A DNA stretch of 64,000 bases, from NCBI GenBank assembly GCA_965644315.1, contig CBFFRQ010000057.1, forward strand, positions 620,001-684,000. The letters are read 5' to 3'. Within the stretch, counting starts at the first letter, position 1. The number at the start of each line of letters is the position of its first letter. Shown piece by piece: positions 10,797 through 22,036 of the stretch. The position numbers and the translations under genes are program-made. The notes beneath the pieces were generated by a model. It had not been told where the DNA came from. It saw nothing but the letters and a program-made list of their open reading frames with translations, and searched no databases. This DNA comes from Caecitellus pseudoparvulus (Eukaryota; Protista; Bigyra: Bicosoecida).

Positions 10797-12567
10797 TCAA
10801 CCCCACAGCAGCACCTGCCCATCCCATCCACATGTGACGATGTGGGACTCATCCAGGGGGTGCCACTCTGCGCCAATGCAAGGGCCGCTGCGGTGGGCAT
10901 TGAACGTGCGTGCCATGCGGCCATTCCTCCAGTCCCAGATCCACAGCTTGCCGTCCGAGTCTCCTGATATGACGAAGGCGCCAGAGGGGGCGAAGCCCAC
11001 CTGGCAGGCATACCCCGCCACGACGTGCCCAGAGAACTTCTTCTTGGGGTTCAAGCGCACCTTGCCAGCTGCTGTGTAAATGCGCACGACGTTGTCCAGG
11101 CACTGCAGGGCCATGAACCGTCCCGAGGGCGAGAGGGAGGCGGCGGGCATGCTGTGCATGTCTGGGCTGGAAATGTACTTGATGGGCACGGGGATGCCCC
11201 AGTCCCACACCAGCATCTTTTTGTCGTCCGACGTGGACACCATGTGCTCCCCGCCGTCTGTGAAGGTGATGGTGTTCACGCCTGACAGGTGGTAGTCGTA
11301 CTCCTGCACGACCCCCCCACTGGCGGCGTCCACCTGATACATGCGTCGGTTGGAGGAGCCGACGATGAAGGAGTCCTTCTCAGTGGGGTGCCACGCCACA
11401 CACTGCGGGGTGCCGCCAGGCGTCAGGCTGTGCAAGCACGCCCCCGAGGCGGTGTCCCACACCTTCACGCTGGTGTCGAAGGAAACCGTCACGAACCGCT
11501 TGCCGTCGGGGCGGAAGCGAGCCTGCCGGACACCCAAGGTGTGCCCCTTGTACGTGCGCTTGCACGTGCGCTTGCCCTGCATGTCCCACACCTTCACCAC
11601 GCCTGCCATGTCGGCAGTCAGCAGCAGGTGCCCTGTCCCCGGCGCGAAGTGCACGCTGTTCACCCCCTTGTTGTGGCCCTTGAACGAATGCAGCTGCTTC
11701 TTCGGCAAGTAGTTGACGTGCTCGCGCAGCTGGTCCGGCTCCAGGGCCCGCCTGCCACGAGGTGGCGTCGTCCAGCACCTGCCCTGGTAGTCTGTCTCAG
11801 CTCGGCCGTGGAAGGTGCTGTGGCACTCAGCAGGCGACAGCACCTTCCCACTGCCCGAACCGCCCGAGGCGGCAGCAGGGGCGGCACTGCCAGCATCCCC
11901 AGCGGCACCAACGTCTTGGCCAGCTGCAGCCTTGCGTGCCGCCTGGGCGTCCAGGATGTCCTGGGGCACCTCCAAGCCCCGCTCCAGGCGGTATGCGATC
12001 TGCTCGTCTGTCATGTCCCCCGACTCCAGCGCAGACACCTGGGGGGCCACTGCAGCTGCAATGGCAGCTTCTCGGGCAGCCCGTGAGCTGCCTTGCACTT
12101 GCAGGGCGAGGGCCCCGTGCGCTCCGCCCATGTCAGGGTTCAAGGACGCATCCGCGGCGGCAGCAGCTGCTGTGTGAGCGTGGTATTGCTGTGCCCACAC
12201 TGCGTCGTCCATGGCCATGACTCGCACAGAGGCGCCCGTCGGGTCGATACCCTGTGTTGACTGGGCTGTTGTGGTGATGCTCACCTGTGGCTTGGGGCCC
12301 TGCACGCGAAGGGCAGGACGCAGCGGTGCGTGGCGGGGTGCTGTGGGGTGGAGCATTTTCCGCTGCACGCACGACAACGGCCGAGTACATCTCCCCCACT
12401 GTCGGGTTTGTGGTCACTTCGCTGGCATGCGCATCCACCAGGTGGGACGCTGATCCGTCCTCATGGGCGAATGTCATGACATCTGGCGCAGCAGACACGG
12501 ACGGCAGGGCCACCTCCTCCTCCTCCCCTGCGCTGCCGTCTGAGCCGTACCCGCCAAGCAAGTCCAT
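10797..12567 (-). CDS. CDC40: Pre-mRNA splicing factor CDC40/Prp17 (WD40)
   Basis: MDLLGGYGSD start, intron 12372-12300, then STFHG...DYQGR, YLPKKQLHSFKGHNKGV, QEYDYHL, WDWGIPVPIKYI, KKFSGHVVAGYACQ and TCGWDG. Confidence 0.95.
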
Positions 12568-12725
12568 CGTGCTCGGGGCCGGCAAGTCACTCGGGAACGC
12601 GAGCAATTGTGCTGCCTTCATCAAACCAACACGTGCGATGTTCACATGCCCTGTGACTTTGTCGGCGCCCTCACATTTGCACAGGCAGGTCAACCCACGA
12701 CACGTACCTTGGGGCTGGTTTTGCT

Positions 12726-12735
12726 GCGGAAATTG
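12726..12735 (+). promoter_or_regulatory. GCGGAAATTG element upstream of the NIFK ATG
   Basis: Exact 10-mer 13 nt before ATG 12749; the same element precedes several other genes. Confidence 0.55.
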
Positions 12736-12748
12736 CAGTGTTCCCACC

Positions 12749-13618
12749 ATGGACGCCAAGGAGCTTGCTTCGCTGTCCAGCGCGGCATCCTCGCGCAGCA
12801 AGCAGCGGACGGATAAATCAGACTCTGAGCCTTCGGAGGGCTCGGGGGTGGTGTACCTGGGTCACATTCCTCACGGCTTTTACGAGGACCAGATGCAGGG
12901 CTTCTTCTCGCAGTTCGGCACCATTGAGCGCCTGCGCCTGTCCCGGTCCAAGAAAACCGGCCGCTCCAGGGGGTACGCCTTCATCCAGTTCGCCACCCCA
13001 GGCGTCGCAGAGATCGTGGCAGACACCATGGACCACTACTTCTTGGCGGGGCAGTACCTCGTGTGCAACGTCGTGCCCAAGAGCAAAGTGCACGACGACA
13101 TGTTCAGCGGCGCCGACCGCAACTTCAGGGCCGTGCCCTGGCGCACCATTGCCAAGCAGCAGGCTGCCAAGCCCCGCTCCGACTCTGCCAAGGCTCGCCA
13201 CGCGAAGAAGGTGCTGAAGCGGCAGGAGGCCAAGCAGGCTGCGCTGCGGGCGGCCGGCATCGACTACGAGTTCACGGGAGTGACGCTGGAGGCGCCCGTG
13301 CCTGCCAAGGCCACTGGGGGGCAGAAGCGCGCCAGGGAGCGCAGCAGCCAGGAGTCTGAACATGCGGCTGAGGCAGCCCCAGCACCGACCCCAGCCAAAG
13401 CCAAGACGCCGGCCAAGGCCAAGTCGGCAGCCAAGACACCCGCCAAGACGCCGGCCAAGACGCCTTCCCGAACAAAGTCTGCGCGGAAGAGTGGCGTGAA
13501 GGATGCGCCTGCCGCTATGACCCCACCTGGGCAGGGAATTCCAGAGCCTAGCCCTCCCTTGACCCGCTCCCGCAAGGCTGCTAAGAGCGCATCCAAAACC
13601 AGGCGCAGCAGGGGCTGA
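12749..13618 (+). CDS. NIFK: Nucleolar RRM protein NIFK/Nop15 (60S biogenesis)
   Basis: GVVYLGHIPHGFYEDQMQGFFSQFG, RLSRSKKTGRSRGYAFIQF, AEIVADTMDHY and GIDYEF, then a basic tail with KTPA repeats. Confidence 0.92.
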   Translation: MDAKELASLSSAASSRSKQRTDKSDSEPSEGSGVVYLGHIPHGFYEDQMQGFFSQFGTIERLRLSRSKKTGRSRGYAFIQFATPGVAEIVADTMDHYFLAGQYLVCNVVPKSKVHDDMFSGADRNFRAVPWRTIAKQQAAKPRSDSAKARHAKKVLKRQEAKQAALRAAGIDYEFTGVTLEAPVPAKATGGQKRARERSSQESEHAAEAAPAPTPAKAKTPAKAKSAAKTPAKTPAKTPSRTKSARKSGVKDAPAAMTPPGQGIPEPSPPLTRSRKAAKSASKTRRSRG

Positions 13619-13754
13619 GGGCCCCGTGGCACCAGATGGCCTGCGGATTCCGAGCCAGCAATGCACTGACCTGCGACAAAACCGCTGACTACCCGCTCGG
13701 GTTCAGGGCAAGCTGGGCTCTCTGCTACGGACTCAATGCGGCACACAAGGGTTC

Positions 13755-16631
13755 ATGGCAGCTGGCCACGACGCAGCCTTGCTGCGAGCAAGGCTGGTCA
13801 CAACCGCCAGGGGCAGAGAACTGGTGCTCACTCTCCCTGAGCAAGCCGTGTGTCTTCATGTCCCGGCTGAGGTCGCCGCCTCGTGTGCCTTGCTCTCCGC
13901 TGTGCAGCATGGGGGGGAGCTTGCCTTCAGCCTGCAGCAACTTGCGATTTCCGCAAGCAGCTTTCAAGTCGCCGCAGCCCTGCAGCCGCGGGTTGTGCGG
14001 CGATTCGCGATGGCGTCCTTGACTGAAGATGTCTTTTCCCTTGTGCCCCCTTCCCTCCCTTCGCGCATCCATGCCTTCCAGCTTCCCAGCGATGCCACCC
14101 AGGCGCAGCCAAGTGCCGTTACCACTCAAACCTCCGAGGACCGCCTTCTGAAGCAGCTGGCGAGTGTCAGGCAGGGCCTCGTTGCGTGGCAAGTGCAGCA
14201 ACTTGGTCATCCAGTGGATTTGCGGACAGGCATTCCCCCAGAGGCCCTGCCGGCGCTGCTGGCCCACGACACCCTCCTGCGGAACGCTGGCGTCGGTGCG
14301 CCTGATGCTCTGTGCGTTGCCCCAGGAGGCACACCCGGCCCTGCTCTGGCCCGGCATGACGGCCTCCAGAGCATGACGTCCCTGACCAGCTTACTTTCTG
14401 CTTGCCGCCAGGCACTGATGAAGGCAGGCCGCCCTGCTCAGGCACTGCAGCCGCTGAACCTGAGCAGCACCACTGCTGCCAGCAGCGCGCCTTCTGACGC
14501 CAGCTCCAGCAGCCGGAGCCAGCGCATGGCAGCAGCCCATGCGCCTAAGGTTCTGTGCCTTGCTCACATCCTGCAGTGCCCGCGTGTGGAGCGCGTGTGC
14601 CTGGAGGCGCTGGCTACCTACAGCCATGTCCTGCAGGGGTGCACTGGTGCTCAGCTCCTCACCCTCATCCCGCCGCCGCACTTGCCAGCGCTGGTGCAGA
14701 ACCTCACACAAGACACTCAGGACCATGCCAAGGATGTGCGAGGCGCAGCCGAGGGGCAAACGAGCGAGCGCCACGCTTCCCCAGAGCAGGCCTCAGCCTC
14801 GCCACCAGGGACGGTGCCCGGCGAAGACCCACTGCTCCCACCCGCACCACACCAAGGCGTGCACGTCCAGGAGCACACGCCAAGCTCTGAAGTGGTCTCA
14901 GCAGAGACGCTGCCCAGTGTTGATGCCTGCTCCGTCTCTTCACGAGTACAGACGGAGTTGTCTTCCATCTCCAGCGGCTCGGCACACACGCATGTGTCCA
15001 GGGGTGGTGCCACTGTGAACGACACCCACGCAGAGCTGCTGTCGCACCTGACACAGCTGGAGGCTTCCTCCCAGCACTCCAGCAACGATGAAGCCACAGT
15101 GCTCTCGCCGTCACCCGAGACACGCCCAACTCCCGCCCGACACAGCCCACCCGACCTGCAGCCCAGCGTGCGCCGAGCTAGGGCGGTGGCCACTGCAAGG
15201 GCGGCCGCGGCCGCACGAGCATCCAAGGCAGCAGCCGCCGCAGCTGCAGAGGAGGCGGCAGCTGCGGCTGAACGGCGCAAGGCCGCGGCGGCAGAGCTGC
15301 AAGCGGAGCAGCAGCGGCGCCTGCGGCGCTTCAAAAGGCGTCAGGCGCAGGAGCGGGCAGAGCGGGCAGCGGCAGCAGCTGCGGCACGCAGGGAGACATC
15401 GCCAGCCCGCACCTCACCACCGCAGGCAGAGGATGTCGCCTCTGGAGAGTGTGGGGCCGCGGGGCCCAAGGTGTCGCCTGCCAGAGCTGCACGACTGGCG
15501 GCGAAGCGCGTCGCAGCTCGGCGGGCCAAGGCTGCCGCCGCCACTGCCAAGCAGCGCCAGCGTGCCTTGGCAGCTGAGCAAGCCCAGCAGCGGCGTGCAG
15601 CTGCAGAGGCGGAGGCAGCTGCTCGCCGCCTGGCGGAGTCCCGGGCCAAAGTGGCCGAGCTGGCCGCGAGGGAGGTGGCTGAGAAAGAGGCCACGCGCCG
15701 GGCCACCTTGGCAGCGAGGGATGCCCGCCTGGCGCAGTGGAAGGCTGCCCGGTCCAGGCGCCAGGCAGACCCGGCCAAAGTCGTCGCAGCTGCCCGCGCA
15801 GGGGCCTTGCGGTCACTGCAGGGGAGCTTGGTGGCCAGTCCTGGCACGCAGCTGCGCCAGGCAGTGCAGGGGGCCACGGCTGCGGTGCAGGGCGCGCGCA
15901 AGGCGCAGCAGTGGGCGGCACACGCTGCCACAGACTGCTTCAACGTCAGCGGGGGCATGAGCGACGTGTTTGATTCTGACTCAGACGCGTCGGGCGCGGA
16001 GCCCCCCCCACCACCCCCTTCAGGGGCCCACGCGCCGGTATCCCAGCCTCGCCCTGCGCCACTGCCAGGCCCCTCTCGCCCTCCTGCCACAGAGAGCAAG
16101 TCGTACACCGGCGCCTTGCAGAGCACCGTGACAGCCGCCACCATCCTGGAGGGCAGCGGCACAGAGGAGAGCTGCAGCGTGTCCACGCGCTCCAAGGGCC
16201 TCTCCAGCGGCCTGAACGTGTCCCTGCAGGCGTTTTTGGATGCAGAGGCTGCCGCCACTGCTGTCGTGACAGGCACGCCCCCACCCAGCCTGCACTCCCC
16301 CACGCCAGGCGAAGCCCTGGACACGTCCATCGCCAGCCTGCACAAGCTACCCCGCGCCCCCGCGGCTCCGTCCTTCGGCGACTACACGCCCCGCCCAGGC
16401 ACGCATGCAGGCAGCAGGGCGCCCAGCGTCGCTCCTGATGCCGACATCACGCCTCGCACACTGTCGTTCGGGGACGAGGGCGCGGTGCTTGACCGGTCAC
16501 TGCCGGGTCACAGCAGGTACAGTCCAGGGGCACCCCTGGCACCTCGCCCCGTGAACCCGGGGCCTGCCGTGCACCCCAGCAAGGGCGAGGCTGCAAGCAG
16601 TGACGGGCTGTCGGCCCAGGTGCATTCTTGA
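13755..16631 (+). CDS. Hypothetical Ala/Arg-rich coiled-coil, low-complexity protein (958 aa)
   Basis: Long uninterrupted ORF filling the space between NIFK and PMT, with a central charged helical region. No family recognised. Confidence 0.6.
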   Translation: MAAGHDAALLRARLVTTARGRELVLTLPEQAVCLHVPAEVAASCALLSAVQHGGELAFSLQQLAISASSFQVAAALQPRVVRRFAMASLTEDVFSLVPPSLPSRIHAFQLPSDATQAQPSAVTTQTSEDRLLKQLASVRQGLVAWQVQQLGHPVDLRTGIPPEALPALLAHDTLLRNAGVGAPDALCVAPGGTPGPALARHDGLQSMTSLTSLLSACRQALMKAGRPAQALQPLNLSSTTAASSAPSDASSSSRSQRMAAAHAPKVLCLAHILQCPRVERVCLEALATYSHVLQGCTGAQLLTLIPPPHLPALVQNLTQDTQDHAKDVRGAAEGQTSERHASPEQASASPPGTVPGEDPLLPPAPHQGVHVQEHTPSSEVVSAETLPSVDACSVSSRVQTELSSISSGSAHTHVSRGGATVNDTHAELLSHLTQLEASSQHSSNDEATVLSPSPETRPTPARHSPPDLQPSVRRARAVATARAAAAARASKAAAAAAAEEAAAAAERRKAAAAELQAEQQRRLRRFKRRQAQERAERAAAAAAARRETSPARTSPPQAEDVASGECGAAGPKVSPARAARLAAKRVAARRAKAAAATAKQRQRALAAEQAQQRRAAAEAEAAARRLAESRAKVAELAAREVAEKEATRRATLAARDARLAQWKAARSRRQADPAKVVAAARAGALRSLQGSLVASPGTQLRQAVQGATAAVQGARKAQQWAAHAATDCFNVSGGMSDVFDSDSDASGAEPPPPPPSGAHAPVSQPRPAPLPGPSRPPATESKSYTGALQSTVTAATILEGSGTEESCSVSTRSKGLSSGLNVSLQAFLDAEAAATAVVTGTPPPSLHSPTPGEALDTSIASLHKLPRAPAAPSFGDYTPRPGTHAGSRAPSVAPDADITPRTLSFGDEGAVLDRSLPGHSRYSPGAPLAPRPVNPGPAVHPSKGEAASSDGLSAQVHS

Positions 16632-16677
16632 GCAGGCTGTGCGAGTGTGCCCAAATGCCTGGACCCGGAAGGGGGCG

Positions 16678-18372
16678 TCAGTCCCAGCCTGACATCCACC
16701 GCCGGCGCGCATGTGCGGCGTTGGAGAGGGGGATGCCGTACACCCACGGCGCGAAGAACAGCCACACTGCAAAGATGGCCGCCATGATGACCTGCACCAC
16801 CCAAGCGAAGGCCTTGCGGCCGAAGATGCGGTCCAGCAGGACACCTGCCAGGATCTCGCCGTACAGCAGCGCTGGCATGTAGTGGTAGATGAAGGCGGCA
16901 CGGTTCACTGCGATGTATGGCATGAGGTTGGCGACGTAGCCGACGACCAAGTACGACACCGCCGCGAAGAAGCGCTGCTGCTGGCGCGTGAAGTGCATGA
17001 GGTGGCGCATGCGGCAGTACGCCAGCAGCATGAGCACTGCAATGAACATGACTGCGCCGACGAACCAGATGGCAGCTGGGTTGCCCAGCAGGTACACCAT
17101 CTGCACTGCGCCGTCCTCCGTGGGAGTAGAGTAGTACAGCACTCCGCGTGCGTTCACGGGCCAGCTGTGCCACTTGCTCATCCAGTGGTGGGGCGTCTCG
17201 ATGCGGGCGTTGGCAGAGAGCATCTCCGCATTCAGCTGCCACATGCTGAGCCAGAAGCTCTGGGGCGCCACGTCGGGGTTGTAGAACTGGTTCCCCACCA
17301 GCTGGCGCTGGAACTCCTCCCGCATGAACGCGTCGCCGTCGCCGCTCAGCGGCAGCAGGGCAAAGTGCACTGCCCACTGTGCGGAGTAGAGCAGGATGAC
17401 GGTGGCTCCGATCTGCAGGATGTTGGGCAGCCCCAGCGGGCGCCGCAGGAACCAGGTGCAGAAGGTGACCTCCAGCGCCACCAGGGCAGGCGTCGCCAGG
17501 CCCGTCCACTTGACACTGATGGAGGCACAGCAGGCAGCGCTGAGGAGCAGGAGCCACCCCTGGCGCCCCAGCCACGTCAACTCGCCCCGTGCAGCCCTGG
17601 CGGCTGGGTTGGCTGCCAGCACGGGGTCGGCAGCGATGGCGTCCTCAGCGTCGCAGTGCCGCTCCCACCGCTCGTAGAAGCACAGGGCAACGTAGAGGCA
17701 GGCCACCATGTACAGCATGAGCTGTGAGTCCGTCAGGATGAGGCGGCTCTCGATCAAGTTCAGGTTGTCGAAGGTGAAGAGGAAGGCGGAGAGGATGCCG
17801 CCCCACATGCTGCCGCCGAAGCGGCGCACGACGCTGTACACCAGCGGCACGCACAGGCACCCCGTCAGCGCGCAGGTGAAGCGGATGGCCAGGAACTTGC
17901 AGTCGTCAGCGTACTGGTGGTGGATCTCCTTGTATGAGCAGCGGTCGGCGTCGTACCCGACGAGGATGGAGGAGGCCAGCATGACGAGCTTCCCCAGGGG
18001 CGGGTGGATGTCAAAGAAGTACGTCCCCTTGCTGTACTGGTTCAGGAAGCGCCCGAAGTGGAACTCGTCAAACACGACACCTGTGCACAGCAGGCCAGAG
18101 ACCGCCCATGCGCCCAAAGCCCGCCAGGCAATGCATAGCCGGCACTCACCTCTGGGCTGCTCCAAACGGTACATGCGAGTCATGAAGGCGACTGCAAACA
18201 GCAGGATGTGCACCGTCGGCCACTCTGGGAGGCCGAAGAAGGTTTCGACCCGCTGCGGAGCTTTGGCGCCTGAGCCCGACGCCTTGCCGCCCGAGCCTGC
18301 CCTTGACACATGGTCTTCAGGGCCAGGGGCAGAGCCGGAGAGCCGCTTGCGAGCGTGAGCTGCCTGTGACAT
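16678..18372 (-). CDS. Dolichyl-phosphate-mannose protein O-mannosyltransferase (GT39) lacking the MIR domain
   Basis: VVFDEFHFGRF (catalytic DE), FFDIHPPLGKL, ESRLILTDS, SVKWTGL, GDGDAFM..EFQ, YLLGNP and FIYHYMPAL. In-frame 69-nt intron at 18149-18081. Confidence 0.92.
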   Translation of the reverse strand: MSQAAHARKRLSGSAPGPEDHVSRAGSGGKASGSGAKAPQRVETFFGLPEWPTVHILLFAVAFMTRMYRLEQPRGECRLCIAWRALGAWAVSGLLCTGVVFDEFHFGRFLNQYSKGTYFFDIHPPLGKLVMLASSILVGYDADRCSYKEIHHQYADDCKFLAIRFTCALTGCLCVPLVYSVVRRFGGSMWGGILSAFLFTFDNLNLIESRLILTDSQLMLYMVACLYVALCFYERWERHCDAEDAIAADPVLAANPAARAARGELTWLGRQGWLLLLSAACCASISVKWTGLATPALVALEVTFCTWFLRRPLGLPNILQIGATVILLYSAQWAVHFALLPLSGDGDAFMREEFQRQLVGNQFYNPDVAPQSFWLSMWQLNAEMLSANARIETPHHWMSKWHSWPVNARGVLYYSTPTEDGAVQMVYLLGNPAAIWFVGAVMFIAVLMLLAYCRMRHLMHFTRQQQRFFAAVSYLVVGYVANLMPYIAVNRAAFIYHYMPALLYGEILAGVLLDRIFGRKAFAWVVQVIMAAIFAVWLFFAPWVYGIPLSNAAHARRRWMSGWD

Positions 18373-18792
18373 GCCGCTGACTTGCGTTGGAGCAATTCTC
18401 TACACAACTAGCGGCAGGTAAATGGTGCAAGCAGCTGCTGCATGCACCGCCGCTCCACAGCATCAGCGATCGGAGCAGCTGCAGAGCGAGCGGAGGTCTG
18501 TGCAGGAAGGTCTCGCTTTTAACTGTCCTTGCAGTGTGTGAAAGTCAGGCGTTCACTGTCCCTTGCCCCCTGCCGTTGTAGCGCGGGCCCTCGATCACCC
18601 CCCTGGACTTGGACGGGTCCAAATTCCGCACTTCTGCACTCGGCGCGTCGCGTCAAAATTGGCCCTGCACACGCCTCAGCATGCCTTGACAGTAGAGTGC
18701 ATGCCTCCATGCGGCCTTCATTGGCTCTGTGGTCTCTACGCAAGCACAGGAACCCCACTTGCGCTGCTCGGTCACCAGCAGCACTGGCTTAC

Positions 18793-21700
18793 ATGCGGGC
18801 GTGGCTGTGGGTGGCGGCGACTGCCACACTGTCCCTCCTACACATTAGCCATGCCGGAGGAAGCAAAGCAGAGGGCCCTGCCTTGAACATGGCAACCTTT
18901 CCCAGGCCACAGCTGTACTGGGGCTTCGAACACGCCGAGTCGCGAGCACAGGTGCGTCGCTCGCCGCAAGCTTGCCACCGGGCCTGGGCTGTGCCTGCAC
19001 AGGGCCTCGTCGCCCCGCACAGGTCGGTGTCGCGTGGATGTCTGGCAGTGACGTGAAGGGCTTGCGCCATGTGGCACGCGAGGAGGACGGCATGCAGCGG
19101 TGGGGCTGGTTTCGCAACGACGCACGCCACGTGGCACAGCAGCAGGTCGGCGACCCCGGCAACCGCCTGGTGAGTGCGCCGCCCCGCACCTGCACGCGCT
19201 GCGTCAGCACGCAGGTGCTGCTCCCGCGTGCGCGCAGGTGATGCGGGGAGACTGGCTGGCAGGTGACATGCCAGGTTCCTGGACTCTGCGGTTGGCTGCG
19301 GAGCGCACAGCGCCACCGCCGCCTCCCAGCCGACGCCGCGGCACCTCCCAACCGAACGGCTCGCGCAACGCTGTGGGTGATGACCCCATTTCAGTCTTCC
19401 TGCATGTTTCGCTCCCGAAGAACAGCCTCCACGTGCTGCTGCCCAACAGCACACACGGCGTAGCTGGCATCGCCGGCGGCGAGTCTGCACCCATGCTGCT
19501 CGCCTTCCCCAGCACACCCTCAGGCGGGCAGGCGTTGCGTGCGCACACGGGCCCAGTGTATGCCTTTGATGAAAATTGCACAGAAAGTTGCTGGCAGCCA
19601 GGTGGGAGCACGGCGCCGCCCTGCAGCGACATTCAGCACGACCCGGCTGCTTCGGCTCTGTGCTTGCAAGCCCACGCTGACGCAGCCAAGGCTGTCAGTA
19701 GCGCGGCACAGCGGCGGGCATTTGCCAAGCAAGTGAAGCAAGGAGCACAGTGGCCAGCTCCCGCTGTGTTCAATGGCACTGCTCCTGTGTGGGGGTCGTG
19801 TTGGAAGGGTTCTGCGAGTCAGCGGTGGAATGTGCAGCCGCTGTCAGCGGCATTGTCGGGGGCTAAGGCGACGGCTGCAGCTGCAGTGCGCAAGGCAGCA
19901 CCTGGAAAAGTGCCACCAGGGCTGCCACCCCACATTGTCCCGACGCTGCGCGGGTGTGATACGGCCGGTGCCAACGTCGCGGTGCTGCAGCTCGTCATGC
20001 AAGCGCCGGGCACTGCGCACGTGGTGTTCTTGCCACCCCAGGCACTGCCGCCCAACGGAACGCTGGATGCGTGGCGATCGGGGCAAAATGCGACACATGC
20101 ACAAGTCACTGCGGCACTGGACGCAGCGGGTGTGCCCACACCAGACACATTCGCCCCTCGGCTGCAAGCGGCACTGACCAGCTTTGAGGCGCGCTTGAGT
20201 GACAAACTGCAGGTGCCACGCCTGCCACTGGCGGTGGATGGCGATGTTGACATTGAATCAAAAGAGCTGTGGGCCTCCATAGCCACGCGCTTTGCCCTCA
20301 GCAACATGCTGGGCAGCATCACCCGGTTCCGAGGGCGGCAGCTGATCGCAGACTCCGTGGGCGGCTTTGAATCCGAGCAGCACAGCGCTGCTGCCCACCA
20401 TGTGTCCCCTGTGCAAACACTGTTCACAGGCATGCCTTCGCGGTCCTTTTTCCCGCGGGGCTTCCTGTGGGATGAGGGCTTCCACCAACTCCTTGTCATG
20501 CGCTTTGACCCAAGCCTTTCGAAGGCTGTGCTGCAGTCGTGGCTGAGCACTCAGTCCACACAGCCTCGCGGCACGCTGCGAGATGGCTGGATTGCCAGGG
20601 AGCAGATTCTTGGCGCTGAGCCGCGCAGCAGGGTGCCTGAGCGCTTCCAGGTGCAGCGCCCCGACGTCGCCAACCCGCCGACCCTGCTCCTTGCCCTGGA
20701 AGCCTTGCTAGAGCAAGAGGGAGAGGCCGTGGACACAGCGTGGCTGCAGGAGGTGTACCCACCCCTTGTCCGGTGGTACAATTGGTTCCTGCGCTCGCAG
20801 CGCACTGGCACTGACCTGCAGGCAATGGATGCGCCGTGGACGGGTGAGGGGGGCCCCCCATTGTCGTGGCTGCAAGAGCACAAAGCCCTGACTGGGGAGG
20901 AAGCCGAGTTTGGGCAAGGCGGCACACCACAGGCGTCCTGGGACGGCGAAGACTCGAGGGGGTTCGTGTGGCAGGGCTCGTCCCCAGACCACACCTTTGC
21001 CTGCGGACTCGACGACTCCCCGCGCGGCCTCATCCCCCACCACGCTGACGAACACGTGGATTTGCTGGCGTGGGTGATTTCAGCAGCAGACATCCTGGCG
21101 CGTGTGGCGCAGCGAGTCGGCGAGGCCCGCCACTCCAGCATGTTTCAGGCTGACTCGGCCAAGTTCCGCTCCTGGCTGTCTCGGCACTGGGATGCCGACG
21201 CCGGGTGGTTCTGTGACATTGGCGTGACAGAGGTGGCCCTGCCCGTGCGTGACCCCACCTCGGGCCAGGCCACCACAACTCCACTGCAGTGGAGCGCCGC
21301 ACCCAAAGACTCCTGGACTCGCGAGTTCCTTCGGCAGCAGGTGCTGACACAGAGCCAAGTGGACTCCTTGGCGCCGTCAGCTCAAGTCGGGCGTGTGTGC
21401 CACCGCTCCTACATCGGCCTCATGCCCCTGGCACTGGGCGTTCTGGAGCCTGGCGATGCACGGGTGTCTGCGCTGCTGCAGGGGCTGCGGCAGGGGGACA
21501 TGCTGGGGCCCGCCGGCGTGCTATCCCTGGCGTCCAGCAGTCCCCTGTACCGCAGCAAGGACGACTACTGGCGGGGCAAGGTGTGGATGAACATCAACTT
21601 CCTCCTCGTGCAGGCCCTGCGCCGGTATGCCTCGGCCCCGCTGCCGGACCGTGCAGGTGCCCAGGCATCGGACACGGCCCCCCCCGCCAAGCAGGGGTTG

Positions 21701-22006
21701 CTGGGGCGCCTGCTGGCCTTTGTCAGCGGACAGTCCCGGGCGCCGGCCTTCCAAGGCCCGCAGGGCTGGGCAGAAACGCGTCGGGACGCGGCTGAGGTGG
21801 GCGAGCAGCTGCGGCAGCGCCTGGTGGCCAACGTGCACGAGCAGTTCAGGCAGCACGGCAGCTTGTGGGAGAACTACGACCCTGAGACGGGGGGGGGCAC
21901 CGGCACGGCCCCCTTCACGGGGTGGACTGGCGCGGTGCTGCCGCTGCTGCATGGCATGGCCAGCGGCAGCGCAGAGGTGGCGGCGAGCGGAGATGTCGGT
22001 GGCTGA
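18793..22006 (+). CDS. MOGS: Mannosyl-oligosaccharide glucosidase I (GH63, GCS1/MOGS)
   Basis: TFPRPQLYWG, LFTGMPSRSFFPRGFLWDEGFHQL, GWIAREQILGAEPRSRVP, ANPPTL, GLDDSPR, YWRGKVWMNINFL and LWENYD...FTGWT. Introns at about 18952-19022 and 19170-19237. Confidence 0.93.
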
Positions 22007-22036
22007 GTGCATTGCGGGCCACACGGCAGGGGAAAA

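Noticed and set aside
12287-12748. N-terminal 154 aa of the 443-aa ORF as part of NIFK
   Set aside because: It overlaps CDC40 exon 1 on the opposite strand; ATG 12749 fits the family and follows the upstream motif.
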